Assembly: GCA_964413015.1 (NCBI GenBank)
Contig: CAYPQZ010000008.1
Span: forward strand, 37,387-101,386
Source: an uncultured Candidatus Saccharibacteria bacterium
Lineage (GTDB): Bacteria; Patescibacteriota; Minisyncoccia; Portnoybacterales; UBA2143
DNA: 64,000 bases
Reading direction: 5' to 3'
The translations under genes and the position numbers were made by a program. The notes under the pieces were generated by a model, which ran no database searches, was not told the DNA's origin, and saw nothing but the letters and a program-made list of their open reading frames with translations. Below are positions 26,735-34,829 of this stretch, in pieces (position 1 is the stretch's first letter; each line of letters opens with the position of its first letter).

Positions 26735-27079
26735 CTATTTAATTTTCTCAACTATCTTTTTGAAAACTTTTGGTTGGTTTTCGGCTAAATAAGCCAAAAT
26801 TTTCCGGTCAAGCTCAATCTTGGCTTTTTTTAATTTATCAATAAATTGGCTATAAGTCAGTCCTTCCTGCCGGCAGGCCGCATTTATTTTAATCTGCCAC
26901 AATTGGCGGAAGTCCCGCTTTTTCCTTCGGCGGTCTCGGTAGGCGTGAGCCCAGGCATGCTTAAGCGCGTCCTTGGCTAATTTGTATTTGGACTTACGTC
27001 CCCATTTAAAGCCTTTGGCCTGTTGAATAACCTTTTTTCTTCTTTTGTGGGCGATAGTTCCTCTTTTGACTCTAGTCAT
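26735..27079 (-). CDS. rplT: 50S ribosomal protein L20
   Basis: 114 aa starting MTRVKRGTIAHKRRKKVI...YRDRRRKKRDFRQLWQIKINAA, a canonical L20. Confidence 0.95.
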   Translation of the reverse strand: MTRVKRGTIAHKRRKKVIQQAKGFKWGRKSKYKLAKDALKHAWAHAYRDRRRKKRDFRQLWQIKINAACRQEGLTYSQFIDKLKKAKIELDRKILAYLAENQPKVFKKIVEKIK

Positions 27080-27084
27080 AAAAT

Positions 27085-27178
27085 AGTGTCTTGTAACTTG
27101 TATTTCGTATCTTGTCCGCCTGCAAATCTATCCCCGCCGCCATAACTGCCGTTAGTAGCATTGCGGGCAGGTATTTCG
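27085..27178. repeat. Structured intergenic element between rpmI and rplT, homologous to the dnaA-dnaN spacer element (repeat family R2)
   Basis: It shares GTATTTCGTATCTTG(C/T)CCGCC ... G(C)GGGCAGGTAT(T/C)TCGT with 6207..6273. The stem CUUG(Y)CC(GC)/(GC)GGGCAGG is preserved by wobble changes. Confidence 0.5.
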
Positions 27179-27382
27179 TTATCTATTGGGCAATATTTTC
27201 TTAATTTTCTTATTATCAACCTGTGCGACATTTTTCATTTTTCTTTTAGCTCTGGTTTTATTGCCTGATTCTTTGGCATTGAAATGGCCTTGATGAATCG
27301 GGCGATGCATTATTTTCCCCTTGTCAGTTATCCGGATTCTTTTTAACAGAGCTTTTCTGGCTTTGGTTTTAACTTTAGTCAT
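27179..27382 (-). CDS. rpmI: 50S ribosomal protein L35
   Basis: 67 aa starting MTKVKTKARKALLKRIRITDKGKIMHR, the L35 signature. Confidence 0.9.
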   Translation of the reverse strand: MTKVKTKARKALLKRIRITDKGKIMHRPIHQGHFNAKESGNKTRAKRKMKNVAQVDNKKIKKILPNR

Positions 27383-27924
27383 TTTTGCGATTTGCTTATT
27401 ATCATCAACAACCCGCGCGGCTGTTTTTTTATTTCCTGTTCTATTTTGATTTCTAAATTAATCGATTCGATAAATTGGTTGAATTTTTCTTTGGCCAATT
27501 CGGCTAAAGAAAAGCTTTTTTCCCGGCCGCGCAGAATCATTTCTATTTTAACTTTATGTCCCTGCTCAAGGAATTTTTCGGCCCGTTTGGCTTTTATCTC
27601 TAAATCATGCTGGCCAGTTCGGAAACTGATTCTAATTCCTTTCAACTCGTCATTCTTCTGTTTAATTCTTTGGGTCTTTTCTTTTTTGGATTTCTGGTAT
27701 TTATATTTCCCGTAATCCATTATCCGGCAGACAGGAGGTTTGGCGTTAGGGGCAATTTCAATTAAATCAAGCCCTCTTTCCCGGGCCATTTTAAGCGCTT
27801 TTGACGTCTCAGTAGTCCCTAAATTATTGCCTTGTTCATCAATCAAATGTATCGGACTGATTTTAATCCAGTGGTTGACCCTGGTTCGCGCTTGATATTT
27901 TTTATTGGAGTATCTCTTGTAAAT
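27379..27924 (-). CDS. infC: Translation initiation factor IF-3 (probable non-AUG, AUU-type start)
   Basis: The ORF track starts at a TTG in the middle of the IF3 N-domain. The reading frame stays open upstream to 27933 and encodes ...KKYQARTRVNHWIKISPIHLIDEQG, which aligns with the E. coli IF3 N-terminus ([22 protein letters not shown]). No in-frame ATG is present. The ATT at 27922-27924 is the best candidate start. Confidence 0.8.
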   Translation of the reverse strand: MYKRYSNKKYQARTRVNHWIKISPIHLIDEQGNNLGTTETSKALKMARERGLDLIEIAPNAKPPVCRIMDYGKYKYQKSKKEKTQRIKQKNDELKGIRISFRTGQHDLEIKAKRAEKFLEQGHKVKIEMILRGREKSFSLAELAKEKFNQFIESINLEIKIEQEIKKQPRGLLMIISKSQK

Positions 27925-27949
27925 AGTTTTTGATTATTGTGTAATTCCT

Positions 27950-28283
27950 TGGAGATGGCGGGAATCGAACCCGCGTCTAAAAGGCATTTCTTAATAATTC
28001 TACAAGCTTAGCTTGATTTGGATAAAATTAAAAACTTAAAACCAAGCAAAAAATTTTTAATTTTTGTTTCTAAGATTCAACAATCAGCTGAAACCTTCCG
28101 ATTGTTTATCCTGATAGGATAACACCCAAAGCTTTTCATCAGGAGTCAAAAGTTCGGATGGCTACTTATTTAAGCAGTAGCAAAAGCTAAATTTTCGTTA
28201 GCAATTATTAGTTTGCGAGATTAACGAGTTCGCGCTCGGCTTGCTTATTAAAAAAAGAACTTTTATCGATGCCTGGCATCCCC
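27950..28283 (-). ncRNA. ssrA: tmRNA (ssrA)
   Basis: Reverse strand: the 5' GGGGAUGCCAGGCAUCGA pairs with the 3' ...GACGCGGGUUCGAUUCCCGCCAUCUCCA (tRNA-like T-arm + acceptor). The internal tag frame GCU AAC GAA AAU UUA GCU UUU GCU ACU GCU UAA (ANENLAFATA*) parallels ANDENYALAA. It lies immediately downstream of smpB. Confidence 0.75.
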
Positions 28284-28300
28284 ACATTTTCGCTCCGCGA

Positions 28301-28352
28301 AAGAATTTTTAATTTTTAATTTCTAATTTTTAAATAAATCTTAATTCTTGAA
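28301..28352. repeat. AT-rich repeat copy between ssrA 5' end and smpB stop (opposite orientation to the 14941 copy)
   Basis: TAATTTTTAATTTTTAATTTCTAATTTTTAAATAAATCTTAATTC. Confidence 0.5.
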
Positions 28353-28802
28353 TTACTCCTTTTGCCGCAAGGCTCTGCCAATGTTTCTTTTAGCTTCACG
28401 TTCCTTAATTTTTTCTCGCTTGTCTGCTTTTCTTTTGCCCTGTCCCAGGCCGAATTCCAGTTTTATCAGGTTGTGTTTAGTATAAACGTGCAGAGGCACT
28501 AAAGTCAAGCCTTTCTGTTTTGTTTTGCCGATTAAACTCTTAATTTCTTTTTTATTCAGAAGCAGTTTTCTGGATCGGTCTGGCTGATAATTGTCAGGCG
28601 CGTTTTTTGGCTGATAAGGAGGCAGGAAAGCGTTAATCAGCCAGGCCTCTTGGTCTTTAATCGTTACGTAAGCGCCTTTTAAACTCATCCGGCTTTTTTT
28701 AATTGATTTAACTTCCTGGCCAGTCAAAACCAGCCCTGCTTCAAAGGTGTCTAAAATATGGTAATCAAATTTGGCCCGCGGGTTGGTCGCTAAAGTAGGC
28801 AT
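28353..28802 (-). CDS. smpB: SsrA-binding protein SmpB
   Basis: 149 aa starting NPRAKFDYHILDTFEAGLVLTGQEVKSIK, a canonical SmpB. Confidence 0.9.
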   Translation of the reverse strand: MPTLATNPRAKFDYHILDTFEAGLVLTGQEVKSIKKSRMSLKGAYVTIKDQEAWLINAFLPPYQPKNAPDNYQPDRSRKLLLNKKEIKSLIGKTKQKGLTLVPLHVYTKHNLIKLEFGLGQGKRKADKREKIKEREAKRNIGRALRQKE

Positions 28803-28955
28803 GGATATATTTTAACATTAAAGTAAATATTGAGAAAATCAAGAAAATAAGCTATGATAGAATTGTATTACTTTTCTGTCGTCTTGAGGGCGAAGCCCGA
28901 AGGATCCTTTGAAATTCAAAAGATTCTTCGCTTACATTCAGAATGACAATTTTTT

Positions 28956-30443
28956 GTGATTAAAAAAAGAATAGAGCAATTAGTTAAAGAAATCGTCAAA
29001 AAGGAAGTTAAGTTGGAGCATCCAGCCAGGCCCGAATTTGGCGACTATTCAACTAATGTTGCTTTAGAAAATAAAATTAACCCGGCTAAAATAATTGAAT
29101 CGTTAAAAGCTCATCCTCTTTTTGATAAGGTGGAAAAAGCCGGACCCGGCTTTATTAACTTTTTTTTATCTCCCAAAACTCTTCAGGAAGAATTATCTGA
29201 AATTATTAAAGAGGGAGATGATTACGGCAAATTGGATATTGGCCAGAATAAGAGAATCCAAGTGGAGTTTATTTCAGCTAATCCAACCGGACCCTTAACC
29301 GTTGGCAATGCCCGGGGCGGGCCCTTCGGTGATGTGCTGGCGAATATTCTTAATAAAGCTGGTTTTAAAACTGAAAAGGCCTATTATGTCAACGACGCCG
29401 GCCAGCAGATTTTGGAATTAGGTAAAGGCAAGTATCAAAGCGATTATGTTGATAAAGCAAGAAAAGAAATAAAAGAGCAAGATGCTTATCGGGCCGGTCA
29501 AATTTTAGCCAAGCATATTGTTAAAGATTTAATTCAAAAGACAACCGATAAACTTGGAATTAAATATGATGAGTGGATTTTTGAATCAGATTTACATAAG
29601 TCAGGCAAGACTGATAAGATTTTAAATCTTTTGCAAGAGAAGCATTTAATTTATGAACAGGACGGTGCCCAATGGTTCAAATCAAAGCGGTTTGGCGATG
29701 AGCGGGACCGGGTAATGATTAAACAAAACGGCCGCAAAACCTATTTAGCCGGCGATCTTGCCTTGCATCAATACAAATTTGATGATAAAAAATTTGATAA
29801 GGTAATTAATGTTTGGGGAGCCGACCATCATGGCGATATTCCCGGACTGACGGCCGGCTTGGAAGCTCTCGGGTATAAAGATAAACTGGAAATTATTCTC
29901 TTGCAGTTTGTTACTATTATAGATAAAGGCAAAAAGCAGAAAATGTCTAAGAGAGCCGGCGCTTATGTCCTTATGGATGAATTGTTAGACAAAGTCGGAG
30001 TTGACGCGGTTCGTTTTTTCTTCTTACAGAAATCAGCCGATACTCATTTGAATTTTGATTTAGATTTGGCCGAGGAACAATCAAACAAGAATCCCGTCTT
30101 TTATGTCCAGTATGCCCACGCCCGAATTTGCAGTATTTTAAAAAGGATAAAGTCGGGGGCTGCTTCCGACTTACAGGGACAGTCCCCAATAAGCCATTCG
30201 GCCGAACTGGATCTTACGCGCCAGTTAGTTAAATTTCCGGAAATTATTGAAGATACCGCTCAAGATTACCAAATTCAGCGGCTATCCCATTATTCTTTGG
30301 AATTAGCCAACAGTTTCCATAAATTTTACGAGCAGTGCCAGGTTTTGGGAAATCATAGTCGCATTAATTTAGTCAAAGCAACTCAAATTGTTTTGAAAAA
30401 CACTTTGGTGCTGATGGGCGTTTCAACTCCGGAGAAGATGTAA
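28956..30443 (+). CDS. argS: Arginyl-tRNA synthetase (short N-terminus)
   Basis: 495 aa class I aaRS with a HIGH-like motif (SANPTGPLTVGNARGG), a KMSK variant (QKMSKR) and a DALR anticodon-binding C-terminus. Confidence 0.9.
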   Translation: MIKKRIEQLVKEIVKKEVKLEHPARPEFGDYSTNVALENKINPAKIIESLKAHPLFDKVEKAGPGFINFFLSPKTLQEELSEIIKEGDDYGKLDIGQNKRIQVEFISANPTGPLTVGNARGGPFGDVLANILNKAGFKTEKAYYVNDAGQQILELGKGKYQSDYVDKARKEIKEQDAYRAGQILAKHIVKDLIQKTTDKLGIKYDEWIFESDLHKSGKTDKILNLLQEKHLIYEQDGAQWFKSKRFGDERDRVMIKQNGRKTYLAGDLALHQYKFDDKKFDKVINVWGADHHGDIPGLTAGLEALGYKDKLEIILLQFVTIIDKGKKQKMSKRAGAYVLMDELLDKVGVDAVRFFFLQKSADTHLNFDLDLAEEQSNKNPVFYVQYAHARICSILKRIKSGAASDLQGQSPISHSAELDLTRQLVKFPEIIEDTAQDYQIQRLSHYSLELANSFHKFYEQCQVLGNHSRINLVKATQIVLKNTLVLMGVSTPEKM

Positions 30444-30587
30444 GGGCTTTGTCTGATTCGCTGAAAGCGGATCAGGCACAAAATCTTACCTGCCCAAATT
30501 TTTGCGAAGCAAAAAAATGTGGCGGGTACTCAATTTAATTACTAAATTTTCTTCGCTTGACAGTTTAAAAATTTAGATAAAATTAGT

Positions 30588-33500
30588 ATGGAACCACTTC
30601 CTAAAATAGAAAAAAGAATATTGAAATTTTGGCAGAAAGAGAATATTTTTGCCAAATCAGTTAAGCTTCGTCAAAAGAAGCCATTTTTTAGTTTTTACGA
30701 CGGCCCGCCTTTTGCGTCCGGCTTGCCTCATTACGGCCATATTTTAGCCAGTACAATTAAAGATACTGTTTTGCGCTATTGGTCTATGAAAGGCCGACAT
30801 ATTTTTTGGCGAGTCGGCTGGGATTGTCACGGACTACCGGTGGAAAATATGATTGAACAGGAATTAGGTCTGAAAAATAAAAAGGATATTGAAAAATTCG
30901 GGATTAAGAAATTCAATCAAGCCTGCCGTCAATCGGTTTTTCGCTGTATTAATGATTGGTATAAGTTTTTTAATCGGATTGGCCGCTGGTCTAATTTTTC
31001 CCAGGCCTACGCCACTCTGGACAATGAATATATTGAATCGGCTTGGTGGGTTCTTAAGCAATTATGGGAAAAAGATTTGGTCTATCAGGATTTTAGGGTT
31101 ACCCCTTATTGCCCGCGCTGCGGAACTCCTTTGTCTAATTTTGAATTAAATCAACCCGGCGCTTATCGGCAGGTTGAAGACGAATCTGTTTATCTTAAAT
31201 TTAAACTTAAAAAATCGACCAATACTTATTTATTAGTTTGGACGACTACTCCTTGGACTTTAGCCGCTAACACGGCTGTCGCTGTTAGCCCGGATTCCCA
31301 ATATGTCAAAGCCAAACGAGGCAATGAATATTTAATTTTAGCTAAGGAGAGGTTGTTGGTTTTAGAGGATTATAAAATCGTTGATCAATTTCCCGGTCAG
31401 GAATTAATCGGCCGGGAATATCAGCCTCTCTATCCGATGAAATTGGATAAAGCGGGTTACCGGGTTGTTCCGGCTGACTTTGTTTCAATAGAAGACGGGA
31501 CCGGTTTGGTCCATATTGCGCCAACTTTCGGTGAGGAAGATATGGAATTAGGCCAGAAAGAAAATCTGCCCGGACTGATTACCGTTGACCAAGAAGGCAA
31601 GGTAGTCAAGGGTTTGGGTATCCCCGGTCAGGGCAAGTTTATCAAAGAGGCCGATGCTGATATTAAAGCCGATTTAAGGAAAAGAAATTTATTATTCCGA
31701 GCGGAAAAAATTACTCACGCTTATCCTTTCTGCTGGCGTTGCGAAAGCCCCTTGCTGTATTATCCGATTAACAGTTGGTATGTGAAAGTAACTAAATTTA
31801 AGAAAGAATTAGTGAAGAATAATAAAGAAATCAAATGGGTTCCTGGCCATTTGAAAAAAGGCCGTTTTGGCAAATGGTTAGAAGGGGCGCGCGATTGGTC
31901 TATTTCCCGAAATCGTTATTGGGGAGCGCCGATTCCTATCTGGCAGTGTCAGAAATGCGGCCGAGTTGAAGTCATAGGCAACTTGCAGGAAATGGCTCTT
32001 CGGACCAAACGCAACTGTTACTATATTCTGCGTCATGGCCAGACAGTTAATAACCTGAAAAAAATAATTTATACCGACCAAGAAAACAAACAGAGGCCGT
32101 TAACTCAAGCAGGTCGGCGCAAGATTAAATGGCTAATTCCTAAGCTCAAAAAAACCAAAATAGATTTAATTTTTACTTCTGATTTTTTTAGAACTTCCCA
32201 AACTGCTTCTATAATTAGTCAGGCCTTGGATATCAAAGTAATTTATGACAAACGCTTGCGTGATGTGGATGTGGGTTTATTTAAAGGCAAATCTATAAAA
32301 GAATATCATACTTATTTTCAGGATAATAATTTGAAAAGATTCCAAGAGAAAGCTCCCGGTGGCGAGAATCTCAAACAGGTCAAAAAAAGAGTGATGAATT
32401 TTCTCTTGGCGGTTGATAAAAAATACCGGCACAAAAACATTCTGATTATCAGTCACGGTGATCCACTTTGGATTCTCAAGGGAGCCAGCCAGGGATTTAA
32501 CAATGAGCGGTTGGCCAAGAACAGAAATAAAGAACTTGTTCAACCCGGCCAATTAGAAACGCTTAAGTTTAAAAAACTTCCTTTTGACCAGGAAGGCAAC
32601 TTGAATTTGCATCGGCCTTATGTTGATCAGTTAGAGATTCCCTGCCCTTGCGGCGGAATCATGACTAGGACTTCCGAGGTTTTTGACTGTTGGTTTGAGT
32701 CAGGCTCAATGCCTTACGGTCAGTGGCATTATCCTTTTCATAATAAAAAGTTGGTGGAAAAGGCCTTCCCGGCTGATTTTATTGCTGAAGGTATGGACCA
32801 GACGCGAGGCTGGTTTTACACTTTGCATGTTTTGGCAACCGCTCTGACCTTGAAAAATATTGGCTTAGGCAAAAACAAGCCGGCTTTTAAAAATGTTATT
32901 GTAAACGGTTTAGTTTTAGGCGAAGACGGCAAGAAGCTTTCCAAGCGTTTAAAAAATTATCCTGACCCGGAAATTGTTTTTGACAAATATGGAGCAGATG
33001 CTCTGCGCTATTATTTATTAACTAGTACACCGATGGGCGAGGACTATATTGCTTCAGAAAAAAGAATTGCCGAAACTTTTCGCCGGACTATTTTAACTTT
33101 TTGGAATTCCTTTACTTTTTTGGAAACTTATACGGATAAAGAATGTTTAGCGCCCAAATCAGTCCAGCCAAAAAATATTTTGGATAAATGGATTATTTCC
33201 CGGCTCAATTCTCTCAATCAGGAGCTAGTCAATTGGCTGGATAAATACGAACTGACTAAGGCTGCTCGTTTACTTGACGAATTTTTGGACGATTTTTCCA
33301 ATTGGTATGTTCGGCGTTCCCGCCGCCGTTTTCAAAGGCCTAATAATCCGATTGAAAAAAAAGAGGCCGAACAAATTTACTCTTTTGCCCTTTTGCGCTT
33401 AGCTAAATTGTCGGCTCCTTTTATTCCCTTCTTAACCGAAGAAATTTATCAACATTTAGAAAAGGGAACTTCGGTCCACTTATGTGATTATCCAAAGCCG

Positions 33501-34013
33501 GATAAAAAATTAATTGACAAACGGTTGGAAGAAAAAATGTCGCAGTTACGTCAATTAGCCGCTGAAGGATTGGCCCAAAGAGCTAAAGACGGAATTAAAG
33601 TTAGACAGCCGTTGAAAAAAATGACAATTAATAACAAGTTGATAGCGGCTGGCAAAGAATTGGCCGGTTTGTTGGCTGAAGAAGTCAATGTCAAAAAAAT
33701 TGTTTTGGGTAAAAGCATTAGTCTGGATACTAAAATTAGCCCGGCTCTTAAAGCTGAGGGGACTATTCGCGATTTAGTCCGTTCAATTCAGGAAATGCGC
33801 AAAGACGGCGGGTTAAAGCCGCAGGACAAAATTTATCTGCGCTATTCAACAGATTATTCTTTAAAAAAATTGATTCAGAAAAACGAATTGATTATTAAAG
33901 CGGAAGTTTCAGCCAGACAAATAGAAGAAGCCACTAAAAGAAAAGAAGTTTTTCTGGTCGAAAGAGAAGTTAAGTTAGATGGGCAGAAAATCTGGCTGGG
34001 GATTAAGAAATAA
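30588..34013 (+). CDS. ileS: Isoleucyl-tRNA synthetase (type 2) with embedded histidine phosphatase (PGAM-like) domain
   Basis: 1141 aa with HIGH (PPFASGLPHYGHIL) and KMSKS (KLSKRLKNY). An insert of about 170 aa (approx aa 470-640) carries LRHGQT...SDFFRTSQTA...ISHGD, the RHG/His-phosphatase signature. Confidence 0.9.
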   Translation: MEPLPKIEKRILKFWQKENIFAKSVKLRQKKPFFSFYDGPPFASGLPHYGHILASTIKDTVLRYWSMKGRHIFWRVGWDCHGLPVENMIEQELGLKNKKDIEKFGIKKFNQACRQSVFRCINDWYKFFNRIGRWSNFSQAYATLDNEYIESAWWVLKQLWEKDLVYQDFRVTPYCPRCGTPLSNFELNQPGAYRQVEDESVYLKFKLKKSTNTYLLVWTTTPWTLAANTAVAVSPDSQYVKAKRGNEYLILAKERLLVLEDYKIVDQFPGQELIGREYQPLYPMKLDKAGYRVVPADFVSIEDGTGLVHIAPTFGEEDMELGQKENLPGLITVDQEGKVVKGLGIPGQGKFIKEADADIKADLRKRNLLFRAEKITHAYPFCWRCESPLLYYPINSWYVKVTKFKKELVKNNKEIKWVPGHLKKGRFGKWLEGARDWSISRNRYWGAPIPIWQCQKCGRVEVIGNLQEMALRTKRNCYYILRHGQTVNNLKKIIYTDQENKQRPLTQAGRRKIKWLIPKLKKTKIDLIFTSDFFRTSQTASIISQALDIKVIYDKRLRDVDVGLFKGKSIKEYHTYFQDNNLKRFQEKAPGGENLKQVKKRVMNFLLAVDKKYRHKNILIISHGDPLWILKGASQGFNNERLAKNRNKELVQPGQLETLKFKKLPFDQEGNLNLHRPYVDQLEIPCPCGGIMTRTSEVFDCWFESGSMPYGQWHYPFHNKKLVEKAFPADFIAEGMDQTRGWFYTLHVLATALTLKNIGLGKNKPAFKNVIVNGLVLGEDGKKLSKRLKNYPDPEIVFDKYGADALRYYLLTSTPMGEDYIASEKRIAETFRRTILTFWNSFTFLETYTDKECLAPKSVQPKNILDKWIISRLNSLNQELVNWLDKYELTKAARLLDEFLDDFSNWYVRRSRRRFQRPNNPIEKKEAEQIYSFALLRLAKLSAPFIPFLTEEIYQHLEKGTSVHLCDYPKPDKKLIDKRLEEKMSQLRQLAAEGLAQRAKDGIKVRQPLKKMTINNKLIAAGKELAGLLAEEVNVKKIVLGKSISLDTKISPALKAEGTIRDLVRSIQEMRKDGGLKPQDKIYLRYSTDYSLKKLIQKNELIIKAEVSARQIEEATKRKEVFLVEREVKLDGQKIWLGIKK

Positions 34014-34020
34014 GGTAATT

Positions 34021-34139
34021 AAAGGACGTTAAAAAATTTAAGGATTGTCATTAAGGATCACGTCCCTTTGCTGCAGGCGAAGGGCGTGTCCGCCTATCCG
34101 CCCCTGGAGGGAAAGGACGACTCCTTAAATTTTGACAAG
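34021..34139. repeat. Composite palindromic repeat module A (left copy), in inverted orientation relative to 42461..42575
   Basis: About 115 bp nearly identical to the reverse complement of 42461..42575. It contains the internal hairpin CCCTTTGCTGCAGGCGAAGGG. Confidence 0.7.
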
Positions 34140-34149
34140 AACAAGCAGA

Positions 34150-34211
34150 TAAGGGCAGTCTTTAAAATTACGCCCTTGTGCTCAAGGGACATAATTTTAA
34201 GGACTGTCCTT
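34150..34211. repeat. Palindromic P element copy (AAGGRCAGTCTTTAAAATTACGCCCTTG...CAAGGGACATAATTTTAAGGACTGTCCTT)
   Basis: About 60-bp imperfect hairpin. The same family occurs at 277..338, 55744..55803 and 57931..57990, with short relatives at 15587..15620 and 56803..56832. Confidence 0.7.
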
Positions 34212-34252
34212 ATGCTGCGGTAATTCTTAAATTTTTTAAAGGGACATTATTT

Positions 34253-34825
34253 GTGCTTTATAAAACCCAAGGGATTATTATTAAAAGGAACAATTTGGGC
34301 GATTTTGACCGTCTGCTGACTGTCTATACCGGACATTTTGGCAAGATCCTATTGAAAGGTAAGTCAATTAGGAAGAATCAATCAAAACTAAAAGGGCATT
34401 TGGAGCTTTTTTCTTATGTTGATTTATTAATCGCTCCCGCCCGCAATGCTTTACGTAGCGATACGGGCGGGCCTGTCCGGAGATTGGATGTTATAACCGG
34501 AGCGGAGACGATTGAAAGCTTTCATCGGCTCCGCAAAAACTTGCCTTCTTTGTCAGCCACATATTATCTTTCAGAATTGACTGATAAAATGGTCATTGGT
34601 TCAGAGAGAGATGAAAATGTCTGGCCGACGCTTTTATCCAGTTTCCGGGAACTTAATCGACCAAGCCAGAATATTAAAGCTGTTGTTAGTAATTTTGAAA
34701 ACAAATTATTGGAATTTTTGGGATATGGCCATCAAAAAAATCCACTTAATTTTATTGAGTCATTTTTAAGGGAGAGCTTAAATTCAAAGCATTTTTTACA
34801 AGAAGCTTTTTATCTGTTAGAATAA
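34253..34825 (+). CDS. recO: DNA repair protein RecO (short form)
   Basis: The N-terminal OB-fold region (GIIIKRNNLGDFDRLLTVYTGHFGKILLKGKSIRK) is RecO-like. The ORF-track start at 34178 lies inside the P repeat. The GTG at 34253 gives a canonical RecO N-terminus. Confidence 0.55.
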   Translation: MLYKTQGIIIKRNNLGDFDRLLTVYTGHFGKILLKGKSIRKNQSKLKGHLELFSYVDLLIAPARNALRSDTGGPVRRLDVITGAETIESFHRLRKNLPSLSATYYLSELTDKMVIGSERDENVWPTLLSSFRELNRPSQNIKAVVSNFENKLLEFLGYGHQKNPLNFIESFLRESLNSKHFLQEAFYLLE

Positions 34826-34829
34826 AAAT

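Noticed and set aside
28803-28955. T-box leader upstream of argS (and other aaRS genes)
   Set aside because: No T-box consensus (AAUUAGGGUGGNACCGCG) or specifier-loop architecture is present. Only a local palindrome (GAAGGATCCTTTGAAATTCAAAAGATTCTTC) was seen.
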